DNA of 64,000 bases from Leptolinea sp. (GCA_012798535.1 JAAZMZ010000017.1:7698-71697), one strand, 5' to 3'; counted from the stretch's first letter, positions 28,988-38,570 are shown. Numbers and translations: made by a program. The notes: generated from the letters alone by a model not told the origin.

Positions 28988-29914
28988 ATGTCCGGTCAAC
29001 CTGCGGTCTCATCCAGCTTTCATATCACATCTAATACAGCCCTTTCTGATGCACTGGAAGGATGGAAGCTATACCTTCGGGATAAAGGCCGCTCGGAACA
29101 CACCGTCAAGGCCTTTGCCGGTGATCTTCAATTGTTCATCAACCAGATTCCTGACGGCCGCACCGTTTCCTCAGTCACAACAAAAGAGATCAATGACTTT
29201 CTGCACTGGCTACAGCATGACCGCGGGATTCCCTGCAGTCCGAAGAGCCTTTCTCGCCGTATCACTTCCATCAAATCATTTTTCCGCTGGTTGAACCGCG
29301 GCGGTGTGGTGATGGCGGACCCGGCCGAACGGGTGTTACAGCAGAGTGCCATCAGCCGCTTTCCCGAAGTACTCACGCCGGAAGAAACCGCGCTGGCTGT
29401 GGATGCCGCGGCTAAGTGGCACACCTCCGGCAAACCGGATGCCCGGCCGCTGGCATTATTGACCCTGCTGTTATATAGCGGGATCAAGAAAGGTGAATGC
29501 CTGGCACTCAAGATAAATCATGTCGATCTGGAAGCCCCGGATGGACCGCAGATCTTTGTGCGCTATGCCAATCCCGGGAATCGATACAAAGAGCGAAAAA
29601 TTTCGGTACCTTCCGAATGGGCACAGACTTACAGGGAATACCTGGAGCAGTATAAACCAACCGAGGAGATTTTCCCCTGGTCGCCCCGCCGCCTTGAATA
29701 CATTCTGGAGGACATCGGAAAAGCCGTCGGTCTCTCCAAGCATATTTCATTTGATATGTGCCGCTGGACCTGTGCCTTGAATGACTGGCAATCCGGAATC
29801 GAAAAGGAAAAAGTCCGCCAGAAACTTGGAATATCCAAGATTCAATGGCGGGAGATCAGCTACAAGTTGAGTCGTCTGGCGGGGGAGTCAAACGCTGCAG
29901 AGAAATCTGAATGA
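28988..29914 (+). CDS. XerC/XerD-like tyrosine recombinase family protein with degenerate active site
   Basis: SAM-like core-binding domain (SEHTVKAFAGDL, SRRITSIKSFFRWL), PEVLT, YSGIKKGE, KERKISVP, FDMCRWTCA, QKLGIS. Confidence 0.8.
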   Translation: MSGQPAVSSSFHITSNTALSDALEGWKLYLRDKGRSEHTVKAFAGDLQLFINQIPDGRTVSSVTTKEINDFLHWLQHDRGIPCSPKSLSRRITSIKSFFRWLNRGGVVMADPAERVLQQSAISRFPEVLTPEETALAVDAAAKWHTSGKPDARPLALLTLLLYSGIKKGECLALKINHVDLEAPDGPQIFVRYANPGNRYKERKISVPSEWAQTYREYLEQYKPTEEIFPWSPRRLEYILEDIGKAVGLSKHISFDMCRWTCALNDWQSGIEKEKVRQKLGISKIQWREISYKLSRLAGESNAAEKSE

Positions 29915-31307
29915 CCCGCCGTGTTTGATCGGTGATGGCCGCGCTTTCACTGATCCCGACGCCGGACACCCACACAATTGACATCCCGCTGATGACAAGC
30001 GGCCATTTGGCGCGCGCCTGTCGGGAAATTTTTCGGTTGACGAAATAATCCGACAGCTTCTGCGTTTTTCCCTTCATACCCAATGGGGATATTCTCTCAC
30101 CGTTGTGGGGCGGCCGCACCATCAGGGGAAACTCGAGCAGATCGGCGTCCAGCCAGATACGATCATGCGAGCCGCCATTACGGATGACATCGCGGGCAGC
30201 CGCTACATCACCCGGGCTGACAGACAGTCTCCAACCGTTGAATTCCAGTATGTCAGATATCCCCAGCCAACCGCTTTGATCCGGTTCGATCTGGGGGTAC
30301 CGCTCCATCAATCCAGGTTTCCCATTCCACAGCACAATCTGACCGGCTGTCTTCTGCACCCACAATTTGCCGATCAAATGCATTTCTCCTGAAAGAGACG
30401 GGTGAAAAACAAAGTCAGACAGTCTGCGTGTCAGTGCGAAGTCGATATCACGTATGCCCGGGGATAATTCCAGAAGCCCCCGGCGCAGAATATACCGCCG
30501 CAAACCTTCCGGTTGGGCAGCCAGTTTTTCGAGCTTTAGCGTAATCCAAAGGTCTGATCTATCCTGAAGAGCCTCCTGCCAGGCCTGCTCTTTGATAATA
30601 TTCAGAATGGATTGATCCTCAGCCAGAATTTGCGTGGTTTGCAGGATATGGGATTTCGCCTGCGGATTATATTCCTGTAGACAGGGAATTAAATCCATGC
30701 GGATCCGGTTGCGGAAGTACCGGGGCGACGCATTGCTGGCATCCATGACTGGTTGAAGGCCGGCTTCAGCGCAGATACTTTCCGTATCTTTTCGCCAGAT
30801 CGTCAACAGGGGGCGCACTACCGGGGTGTGTGAATTCCAGAGGGGGAAAAATTGCCGGGAGGACATGCCGGTCAGACCATCCAGCCCGCTGCCGCGCAGT
30901 AAGTGCATCAATACGGTTTCCACCTGATCGTCGGCTGTGTGCGCGACAGCCACCGCCCGGGCATGGCTTGACTGTGCCTGTTGAAGGAGCCACCGGTACC
31001 GCGTCTGCCGGGCAGCTTCTTCCACAGACAGTTTTTGTTCGCGGACAATAGCCAGCACATCCACTTCCCCGGAAACAAAAGGGATATTCAGGTGCGCGGC
31101 CAGATCTCGCGCGTTGTCTTCATCCCTCCAGGCTTCATCACGTAAGTGGTGGTTAAAATGCGCGGCAATCACCTGATACCCTGCCTGTTGTAACAGCAAC
31201 AGTAAAGCCAGACTGTCCGCTCCACCCGAGAATCCCACAAGAATGGGAGAAGACCGGTCAAGCAGACAGGACTCTTCACAAATCACCTTGAAATCCGCCG
31301 GTTTCAT
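29856..31307 (-). CDS. tilS: tRNA(Ile)-lysidine synthetase
   Basis: GFSGGADS, HFNHHLR, AHTADDQVET, RNRIR, C-terminal TilS domain. Confidence 0.95.
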   Translation of the reverse strand: MKPADFKVICEESCLLDRSSPILVGFSGGADSLALLLLLQQAGYQVIAAHFNHHLRDEAWRDEDNARDLAAHLNIPFVSGEVDVLAIVREQKLSVEEAARQTRYRWLLQQAQSSHARAVAVAHTADDQVETVLMHLLRGSGLDGLTGMSSRQFFPLWNSHTPVVRPLLTIWRKDTESICAEAGLQPVMDASNASPRYFRNRIRMDLIPCLQEYNPQAKSHILQTTQILAEDQSILNIIKEQAWQEALQDRSDLWITLKLEKLAAQPEGLRRYILRRGLLELSPGIRDIDFALTRRLSDFVFHPSLSGEMHLIGKLWVQKTAGQIVLWNGKPGLMERYPQIEPDQSGWLGISDILEFNGWRLSVSPGDVAAARDVIRNGGSHDRIWLDADLLEFPLMVRPPHNGERISPLGMKGKTQKLSDYFVNRKISRQARAKWPLVISGMSIVWVSGVGISESAAITDQTRRVIQISLQRLTPPPDDSTCS

Positions 31308-31487
31308 ACGGACATTATAGCAATCCTCATAAATTTACTGATTATTAATCCAAAAAAGATAGCCAAATAACCGATTCTCTACTAGAATCATTAAAATAAA
31401 ATAAAATCCATACAAACCGATTGCTATTGCAGGTGGCTATGGAGTATGCTAGACTGACGTTGAATTTCGCTAAGGATGTGAGGGTGT

Positions 31488-32627
31488 ATGGCGGAAAAAA
31501 TCCTGATTGTCGATGACGACCTGGAGACTCTTCGACTTGTTGGCCTGATACTTGAACGGGGGGGATATCAAATCGCAGCGGCCAGCAACGGCCAGCAGGC
31601 GCTAACGTTAGCCCACAGCGAACACCCCAATCTGATCATTCTTGATGTGATGATGCCTGATATGGATGGTTATCAAGTCATGAAGAACATCCGTCAGGAT
31701 TCAGCCATCAATACCATTCCCGTCTTGATGTTCACAGCCAAAGCCGGAATCGAAGATAAGATCACAGGATACGAAACCGGTGTGGATGATTACCTTACCA
31801 AACCCATTCATCCGGCCGAACTGGTAGCCCATGTCAAAGCCGTCCTCAGCCGGGCAGCCAGCAAAGCCAGGGAAGTGGAAAGCGATTGCACGGTGATGGG
31901 CTTTATGGCAGCCCGCGGTGGACTGGGTGTTTCCACACTGGTATTGAACCTGGCTATCGCCATGTACAACAAGACACAAAAATTCACCGCGGCCGTGGAA
32001 ACCCTTCCGGGGTATGGCTCCTGGGCATGGGAACTCGGGCATGCGGATTCGGAAGGTCTAAATAAGATCCTCAAGACATCCCCGGAAAATATTACCCGCA
32101 ATTCGGTAAAAAACGAACTGATCCTTACCAGTTATGGAATTCACCTGTTGATGTCATCTCCGAAATTAAAAGACCAGGAAATTATCAACAACACCTCACA
32201 GTATCAGGCGCTTCTTCGTGAATTAGTCGGCATGAGCGATTATCTCCTGCTGGATATTGGATCGCCCTGCAATATAAATTGGCGCAGAATACTGGGTTCC
32301 TGTACCGAAGCTGTGATCATTGTCGATCCTGATCCGACCACCATGCGGCGGACGAAGTCCCTTCTGCAGGAAATCGAGACTCTTGGTTTTGGAAAATCCC
32401 GCAAAGTCACTCCCATAGCGGTGAATCGTGCCCGTTCTGATATTCAATTGACCTTGCCACAGATGGAAGAAGCTCTGGGAGCACCCGTAGCCCTGCTGAT
32501 GCCGCCCGCTCCTGAACTGGCCTATCAATCTGCCACCCGTTCCATTCCGCTTTCTCTTCTGCAGCCGGAAAGCCTTCTCTCACAGCAATTCGTGAGACTG
32601 GCAGATCTGCTGTTGACAAAAAAGTGA
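31488..32627 (+). CDS. Response regulator receiver fused to CpaE/MinD-like ATPase domain
   Basis: ILIVDDD, LDVMMPDMDG, YLTKP; then AARGGLGVST deviant Walker A. Confidence 0.85.
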   Translation: MAEKILIVDDDLETLRLVGLILERGGYQIAAASNGQQALTLAHSEHPNLIILDVMMPDMDGYQVMKNIRQDSAINTIPVLMFTAKAGIEDKITGYETGVDDYLTKPIHPAELVAHVKAVLSRAASKAREVESDCTVMGFMAARGGLGVSTLVLNLAIAMYNKTQKFTAAVETLPGYGSWAWELGHADSEGLNKILKTSPENITRNSVKNELILTSYGIHLLMSSPKLKDQEIINNTSQYQALLRELVGMSDYLLLDIGSPCNINWRRILGSCTEAVIIVDPDPTTMRRTKSLLQEIETLGFGKSRKVTPIAVNRARSDIQLTLPQMEEALGAPVALLMPPAPELAYQSATRSIPLSLLQPESLLSQQFVRLADLLLTKK

Positions 32628-33394
32628 TTCTTTCGGAAGACCTGATCGGCGAATTAGACCGGGCAGCCACATTAATCCGGTCCAGTCGTAAAGCTGTCGC
32701 CTTCACCGGAGCAGGAATATCCGTTCCATCCGGTATTCCGGATTTCCGTTCCGCTTCCACCGGTCTGTGGAAGCGGTTCAATCCCATGGAAGTGGCTTCT
32801 CTGACGGCGTTCCGAAGGCGGCCGGAAGCGTTTTATCAATGGCTTGAACCTCTGGCCAGGCAGATGCTTGAAGCGGTACCCAACGCCGCCCACCGGGCTC
32901 TGGTTGAATTGCAGACAGCCGGTTTTGTGCAAACCATCATCACCCAGAATATTGACGGCCTGTTCCAGAAAGCCGGCGCCGTGGATGTCATCGAACTGCA
33001 CGGGAATATGGATCGGATGATCTGCCCGCGCTGCCATGCGGTGTTCAATTCCCGCGATTTCCAGGTGAGCTGGCTGGATGAACACCGCCCGCCCAGGTGC
33101 AGCAAATGTGAGGTTTTTTTGAAACCGGATATCATCCTATATGAAGAAATGCTGCCGGTGGATGCCTGGGAACAGGCGGAAGAGGCGTGTGAAGAGGCCG
33201 AGCTGATCCTGGTTGCCGGGACTTCCCTTGAAGTCATGCCAGCCGCGACTCTCCCTCTGGAAGGATTTCACCGCGGGGCGAAATTGATCTTCATGAATCT
33301 TTCTTCCACTCAGATGGATTCTCTGGCAGAAGCCGTCATTCCGATGGATGTTGCCGACGGACTGCCTGAACTGGCGCGAAGGGTATTCGCCTAA
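32624..33394 (+). CDS. cobB: NAD-dependent protein deacylase (sirtuin)
   Basis: TGAGISVPSGIPDFR, TQNIDGL, ELHG, CPRC/CSKC Zn site, GTSLEVMPA. Confidence 0.92.
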   Translation: MILSEDLIGELDRAATLIRSSRKAVAFTGAGISVPSGIPDFRSASTGLWKRFNPMEVASLTAFRRRPEAFYQWLEPLARQMLEAVPNAAHRALVELQTAGFVQTIITQNIDGLFQKAGAVDVIELHGNMDRMICPRCHAVFNSRDFQVSWLDEHRPPRCSKCEVFLKPDIILYEEMLPVDAWEQAEEACEEAELILVAGTSLEVMPAATLPLEGFHRGAKLIFMNLSSTQMDSLAEAVIPMDVADGLPELARRVFA

Positions 33395-35133
33395 CGCGCG
33401 CCGCGCCGCCCGAACTGGCGTTCCAGAAGATCGATCGAGAGATGGATCATGGTCGGCCGGCCGTGCGGGCAGGTGCGCGGTGATCGGCATTTTTCCAGGT
33501 CGAGCAGCAGGGCTTTTTGTTCCTCCTGCGACAGCACCTGGCCGCCCTTGATGGCGGCTCGTTTGCAAATCCGGGCGATCAAACGGGCTTCGCGCTGTCC
33601 CTGCAGCGGTGTCTCATCCTCTTCGAAATCTTCTACCAACACCTGCAGGGCGGCCGCCGGGCGGATGCTAGACAGAATATCCGGGACGGCTCGCACGCGA
33701 AATGTGTTGGTTCCAAATGGCTCGATATCGAATCCAAAATTGGAAAGAACCGGCAGCTGTTCGGTGACCATTCTGGCAGCCGGAAGAGAAAGTTCCACCA
33801 GTTCAGGTGTCAGCAGTGTCTGCGCGGTAAAATGGCCGTTTACCTGGCCAATCATGCGTTCAAACAGCACACGCTCATGAGCGGCGTGTTGATCGATGAG
33901 ATACAAACCGTCAGGCGCTTCCGCCACCAGGTATGTCGCGCCGATCTGCCCCACCAGCCGCAGCAAAGGGAGCATCCCGGCGGATATTTCAGATCGTTGT
34001 GAAGTATCAAGGAGGATCCCCGGCGCATCCATGCCTTCAACTAAAATAGTCTCTCCGGCTTCGGCAGCCATCTGCCAGTCTGGTGATACCAGAGGTGGTT
34101 GCGATTGAGAAATTTCCCAGCGGGCCGGTTGAATGACCGGCACTGGCGATGAGGCCAGCAGCGCCCGCCTTACTCCGCGTTGTACCGCGCTGAAAACCTG
34201 ATCCTGGCTGCGAAATCGTACTTCCGCCTTGGCCGGGTGGACATTCACATCCACACTTTCAGGGGGAAGCTTCAAGAATAATACCGCTGCCGGGAAACGC
34301 CCCACCATCAGCAGCGTATGGTATGCCTGCATGAGAGCGGTGTTCAATGCCGGATCCTGAACCCAGCGGCCATTGACAAAGAAGGTCATATCCCGGCGGG
34401 TGGCTCGGGTGATGGAGATCGGGCTTATGAATCCGCTCACTTCCATTTCATCTTCTTGAAGCAGAACCTCGATCATCTGGCGCGCCAGGTCGACACCGTA
34501 CAATCCAGCCAGAATTTCACGCCGTTTCCCATTCCCCGAAGTGGACAGACCGGTATGTCCATCCTGTTCGAGGTGGAATCGCACATCTGGATAAGCCAGA
34601 GCATAACGCGCCACCAGATTATCTATCTGCGATCGTTCGGTGGAATCAGTTTTTAAGAATTTCAGACGGGCCGGAACGGTTAAGAAGAGATCTTCCACCC
34701 GCACTGTCGTACCCTGCGGTAAACCGACAGATTCGAACGTGCGTTCCCTGCCGCCTTCCATCACAATCCGGGTGCCGGTGCTTTCGTTGGCGGTTCTCGA
34801 TTCGAGCGTCAGGCGGGAAACCGAGGCGATGGAAGCCAGAGCTTCTCCACGAAATCCGAGAGAGGTGATATGGAACAGGTCTTCCGCAAACCGCAATTTA
34901 CTGGTGGCGTGCCGCGCTAGCGAGATGCGCATTTCATCCTTCGGGATACCGCTGCCGTCATCGCTGATCTCGATCAACTGTTTTCCGGCTCCGTTCACCC
35001 TCACACGAATGAACGTGGCTCCAGCATCCAGTGCGTTTTCGACCAGTTCTTTGACAACCGAAGCCGGCCGCTCCACCACTTCCCCTGCGGCAATTTGCGA
35101 AGCAACTTCATCCGGTAAAATTTGAATACTCAC
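33391..35133 (-). CDS. mutL: DNA mismatch repair endonuclease MutL
   Basis: IAAGEVVERPASVVKELVEN, GFRGEAL, DQHAAHER, CPHGRP; GTG start 35133. Confidence 0.97.
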   Translation of the reverse strand: MSIQILPDEVASQIAAGEVVERPASVVKELVENALDAGATFIRVRVNGAGKQLIEISDDGSGIPKDEMRISLARHATSKLRFAEDLFHITSLGFRGEALASIASVSRLTLESRTANESTGTRIVMEGGRERTFESVGLPQGTTVRVEDLFLTVPARLKFLKTDSTERSQIDNLVARYALAYPDVRFHLEQDGHTGLSTSGNGKRREILAGLYGVDLARQMIEVLLQEDEMEVSGFISPISITRATRRDMTFFVNGRWVQDPALNTALMQAYHTLLMVGRFPAAVLFLKLPPESVDVNVHPAKAEVRFRSQDQVFSAVQRGVRRALLASSPVPVIQPARWEISQSQPPLVSPDWQMAAEAGETILVEGMDAPGILLDTSQRSEISAGMLPLLRLVGQIGATYLVAEAPDGLYLIDQHAAHERVLFERMIGQVNGHFTAQTLLTPELVELSLPAARMVTEQLPVLSNFGFDIEPFGTNTFRVRAVPDILSSIRPAAALQVLVEDFEEDETPLQGQREARLIARICKRAAIKGGQVLSQEEQKALLLDLEKCRSPRTCPHGRPTMIHLSIDLLERQFGRRGAR

Positions 35134-35210
35134 ATATACCTGCCCGGCATGATTATAATCAACCCTGTTGTCATAGGAAACCACTATCTGTAAGCTGGAA
35201 GGATTGGATT

Positions 35211-35879
35211 TTGCTGCTATCTCAAAATTACACCACGTTGATGTTCGACGTTGACGAAACACTTTATGAATCATCCACAGGAATCTGGCAGGTAATTCGG
35301 GACCGCATCGGTCTGTATATGCACGATCGTCTGGGGCTAGACTGGGAATCCATTCCCGGTCTGCGTGCCAATCTGTTTACGACGTACGGCACCACACTGA
35401 GAGGATTGGTGGCGCTTTATAATGTCGATCCTGAGGATTACCTGGCATTTGTGCATGAAATCCCGATGAAAGAATATCTCAAACCGGATCCGCGGCTGCG
35501 TGATATGCTGACAGCTTACCCACAGCGTAAGGTTATCTTCACCAACTCTGACCGCAATCATGCCAAACGCGTAATCCAGACATTGGAAATCGAATCAGTT
35601 TTCGATCAGATCATCGATATCCGTGACATAGACCCCCACTGCAAACCGATGCCGGAAGCCTTCCAAATTGCGCTGGGCCGGGCGCAGATCGACCCGGCCG
35701 TCTGCATTATGCTGGATGATTCACAGCCTAATCTTGCCACAGCCCGGTCTCTGGGTATGGCCACCATACGGGTGGGATCGAACCAGTTATCCTGGGATTA
35801 TGATGAATGTATCTCCCGCATCCATGATCTGCCGGACGCCCTGACATTGAATGGGCACGGAACGGAAAAAGAACAATGA
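35211..35879 (+). CDS. HAD-superfamily pyrimidine 5'-nucleotidase-like hydrolase
   Basis: FDVDETLY, YGTTLRGL, FTNSD, CKP, LDDS. Confidence 0.85.
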   Translation: MLLSQNYTTLMFDVDETLYESSTGIWQVIRDRIGLYMHDRLGLDWESIPGLRANLFTTYGTTLRGLVALYNVDPEDYLAFVHEIPMKEYLKPDPRLRDMLTAYPQRKVIFTNSDRNHAKRVIQTLEIESVFDQIIDIRDIDPHCKPMPEAFQIALGRAQIDPAVCIMLDDSQPNLATARSLGMATIRVGSNQLSWDYDECISRIHDLPDALTLNGHGTEKEQ

Positions 35880-36148
35880 TCTTGTCGGATATCGTCCCTT
35901 ACCTGGTGGCGGCCTTCATCATCTTGATGAACATTGTTCTATGGTCATCCATCAGGAAGAAGAAACCGGGCAGTTTTTGGGAAACCTGGACCAGAGCCGG
36001 GAAATCTCTGCAAAAGCCCTGGGAAAAAGAAGATAGGAAATACCGGCAGCTTTCAGCGCTGGTCGAGAAATTCAAACAGCAAAAAACAGGTACGCAACCG
36101 GAGCAGGAATCGGATTCGGTAGAAAAAAAATATCGATTGAGAATATAA
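35876..36148 (+). CDS. Small single-TM hypothetical protein
   Basis: ATGA-coupled to the HAD gene; N-terminal hydrophobic helix. Confidence 0.6.
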   Translation: MILSDIVPYLVAAFIILMNIVLWSSIRKKKPGSFWETWTRAGKSLQKPWEKEDRKYRQLSALVEKFKQQKTGTQPEQESDSVEKKYRLRI

Positions 36149-36159
36149 GGTACGAACGT

Positions 36160-37398
36160 ATGAAACCCATTCGAATTGTATTAATCGCCATGCTGGCCAC
36201 TTTGATGGTGCTGGGATTGTTTGTGGGCGGTGTGATCACCGGAATTTATATTCCTGATTCAGTCGTCAGTGCACTTAAGCTTCCCGGGTTAAATTCCACA
36301 TCCGTGGTCAATGCCGATGGAACCGCAGTAAACAGAGATGAGCTTTTCAAGCCATTCTGGCAGGCCTGGGATCTGGTTCATCAGGACTTTTTTAAACAAC
36401 CGGTGAATGATGAAAAGTTAATGCAGGGCGCCATCCGCGGCATGATGCAATCGCTGGGAGATCCACACACATCTTATATGAATCCGGATGAATACCGCCA
36501 GATGTCAGATCCACTGGAAGGTGAATACGAAGGTATCGGAGCTGTGGTGGATATCACCGGTGAATATGTCACATTGATCAGCTTCTTCCCCGGCTCACCA
36601 GCTGAACTGGCAGGGCTGAAATCGGGAGATATGGTGGTCGCTGTAAACGGTAAAGATATGACCGGAATCGATGGTAACCTCGTTCTCCGTCAGATCCGCG
36701 GGCCGGCAGGAACGGAGGTCACCCTCACCCTGAAACGAAAAGACCAGGATGAGCCGATTATCGTGACCGTCAAACGCGAGAAGATCCAGATGAATAGCGT
36801 GGAAAGTAAGATGCTGGACGGAGATATCGGCTACATTCAATTGCTGACATTTGGCGAGAAGACCAATGATGAGATGAAGCAGGCATTAAGGATATTGAAA
36901 AAGCAAAACGCGAAAGGGATAATCCTTGATTTGCGTAACAACGGAGGCGGTTTCCTCAATACAGCTATCGATGTCGCGTCACAATTCATTGATACCGATG
37001 TGGTGCTCTATGAAGAGTACGGAAACGGGGAAAAGAAGACCTTCAATACGATACCCGGTGGGATTGCCAAAGACATACCCATGGTCATTCTCATCAACGG
37101 GGGGTCTGCCAGCGCATCAGAGATCGTTGCCGGTGCCCTGCAGGATGTGGGGCGAGCCAAACTCGTGGGAGAAAAGTCCTACGGAAAGGGGTCGGTTCAA
37201 AATTGGATCCCACTGCAAAATGAAGAAGGGGCGGTGCGCATTACCATAGCCCGCTGGATCACACCCAACAACCGCCAGATCAATGAAAAAGGGCTCGACC
37301 CGGATGTCGAAATCAAACTGACGGAAGAAGATGTGAAAGCCTTGAATGATGTCCAATTGAAGAAAGCGGTAGAAATATTGACCGCAGAACTACCTTAG
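36160..37398 (+). CDS. ctpA: S41 carboxy-terminal processing protease
   Basis: LGDPHT, PDZ (GIGA), LDLRNNGGG, SASASEIVAG, GKGSVQ. Confidence 0.93.
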   Translation: MKPIRIVLIAMLATLMVLGLFVGGVITGIYIPDSVVSALKLPGLNSTSVVNADGTAVNRDELFKPFWQAWDLVHQDFFKQPVNDEKLMQGAIRGMMQSLGDPHTSYMNPDEYRQMSDPLEGEYEGIGAVVDITGEYVTLISFFPGSPAELAGLKSGDMVVAVNGKDMTGIDGNLVLRQIRGPAGTEVTLTLKRKDQDEPIIVTVKREKIQMNSVESKMLDGDIGYIQLLTFGEKTNDEMKQALRILKKQNAKGIILDLRNNGGGFLNTAIDVASQFIDTDVVLYEEYGNGEKKTFNTIPGGIAKDIPMVILINGGSASASEIVAGALQDVGRAKLVGEKSYGKGSVQNWIPLQNEEGAVRITIARWITPNNRQINEKGLDPDVEIKLTEEDVKALNDVQLKKAVEILTAELP

Positions 37399-37414
37399 AA
37401 ATTTTGACGATAAC

Positions 37415-37444
37415 AAAAAGCTGCCCCATTAAAGGCAGCTTTTT
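37415..37444 (+). terminator. Intrinsic terminator after ctpA
   Basis: AAAAAGCTGCC-8 nt-GGCAGCTTTTT. Confidence 0.8.
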
Positions 37445-37514
37445 GAACCATCTCTGATTTTGCCGGGTATTTGGTGTAAAAATCCAAATAGAATGATTCT
37501 GCCCAAACGTCAAT

Positions 37515-37544
37515 TTGACGGTTTGCCCATCTAGGGGGTATAAT
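37515..37544 (+). promoter_or_regulatory. Sigma70-type promoter of the S1-domain gene
   Basis: TTGACG-18 nt-TATAAT. Confidence 0.65.
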
Positions 37545-37589
37545 CTGGCGTCATTAATTAATTTTGCAAATTTTATGGAGACAGGCGCG

Positions 37590-38423
37590 ATGGAAACGAT
37601 CGAAGCGCAATCGGAAAATTCAACCAGCGAATTGAAACTCAAATCTCATTTCACTGGAAAGGTGGTAAAGACCAGCCTGGCCGGAGCGCTGGTGGACATT
37701 GGAGAGAAAACACCCGCCTATCTCCATGTCTCTCAGATTCCAACAACCGGAGAAGGAACTCCCAAAGGGGTTGAAGATATTCTCAAACCCGGGCAGGAGG
37801 TGGAAGTCTGGGTAAAACGCATCAAAGAAGGCCGCGTTGAATTAACCATGATCAAACCCATGGAATTTGACTGGCGCGACCTGAAGAAGGATATGGTTGT
37901 TTCCGGCAAAGTTGTACGCATTGAGAAATTCGGCGTATTCGTGGAAATCGGCGCCGAACGTCCAGGGCTGGTGCACATCAGCGAAATGGCGCATGGTTTT
38001 GTGAAAGCCGCGCAGGATGTCGTCAAAGAAGGTGACGAGATCCAGGCTATGATTCTGGATATCGACCGTAAGAAGAAGCAGATCAAGCTGAGTATGAAAG
38101 CTCTGCTTCCCGAACCGGAAAAATCCGAAGAACCTGCTCCACGCGCCAAAACAGCCGGCAGCGGCGCTCCCCGCGGGGAACGCAAAGGCGGCGGCCGCCG
38201 CCGCGACAATGCGGCCGAAGACTATACGGCCTATCTGCAGTCAGAAACTCCGTCTGAGCCCGAATTGACCGCCATGGAAATTGCCTATCGTGATGCCATG
38301 GGCAAAGCCAAATCGAAACGCACCATCGCGCAGGAAAAGCACAAACGTGCAGAAGCTCAAGAACGTCAGGAACGGGATGATATCTTCTCCCGTACCCTGA
38401 CCAACAAGATCAAGACTTCATAG
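37590..38423 (+). CDS. S1 RNA-binding domain protein (two S1 domains plus charged tail)
   Basis: GALVDIG...LHVSQI and FGVFVEIG...GLVHISEM...IKLSMK; GGAG RBS before ATG 37590. Confidence 0.85.
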   Translation: METIEAQSENSTSELKLKSHFTGKVVKTSLAGALVDIGEKTPAYLHVSQIPTTGEGTPKGVEDILKPGQEVEVWVKRIKEGRVELTMIKPMEFDWRDLKKDMVVSGKVVRIEKFGVFVEIGAERPGLVHISEMAHGFVKAAQDVVKEGDEIQAMILDIDRKKKQIKLSMKALLPEPEKSEEPAPRAKTAGSGAPRGERKGGGRRRDNAAEDYTAYLQSETPSEPELTAMEIAYRDAMGKAKSKRTIAQEKHKRAEAQERQERDDIFSRTLTNKIKTS

Positions 38424-38475
38424 GGTATGGAAAAGCGAAAGAAACCAATCTTTCTTCCATCCAAAAACGCAAACC

Positions 38476-38521
38476 AGAAGTGGGGAGGCGCCCAATCAAC
38501 GGCCCTCCCCACTTCTCTTTT
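38476..38521 (+). terminator. Intrinsic terminator between the S1 gene and pyrG
   Basis: AGAAGTGGGGAGG...CCTCCCCACTTCT followed by CTTTT. Confidence 0.75.
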
Positions 38522-38570
38522 AATTTAAGAAATACCATCAAAATCGTTCATTCGCAGAAAGGATCAGGCT

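Noticed and set aside
28988-29914. Integrase marking a prophage or genomic island
   Set aside because: No tRNA/att repeat, cargo or compositional shift; flanked by core genes; catalytic residues degenerate.
29856-29914. 59-bp convergent overlap of the Xer-like gene and tilS
   Set aside because: Involves only low-complexity C-terminal tails; common in compact genomes.
31308-31487. AT-rich stretch as dif site or replication origin
   Set aside because: No recognisable XerC/D arms or DnaA boxes; consistent with a divergent promoter region.
38424-38570. Possible pyrG attenuator (two hairpins upstream of pyrG)
   Set aside because: The terminator has its G-rich arm 5' and C-rich arm 3', opposite to the Bacillus poly-G reiterative-transcription design. 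No convincing antiterminator; a simple terminator for the S1 gene explains it.
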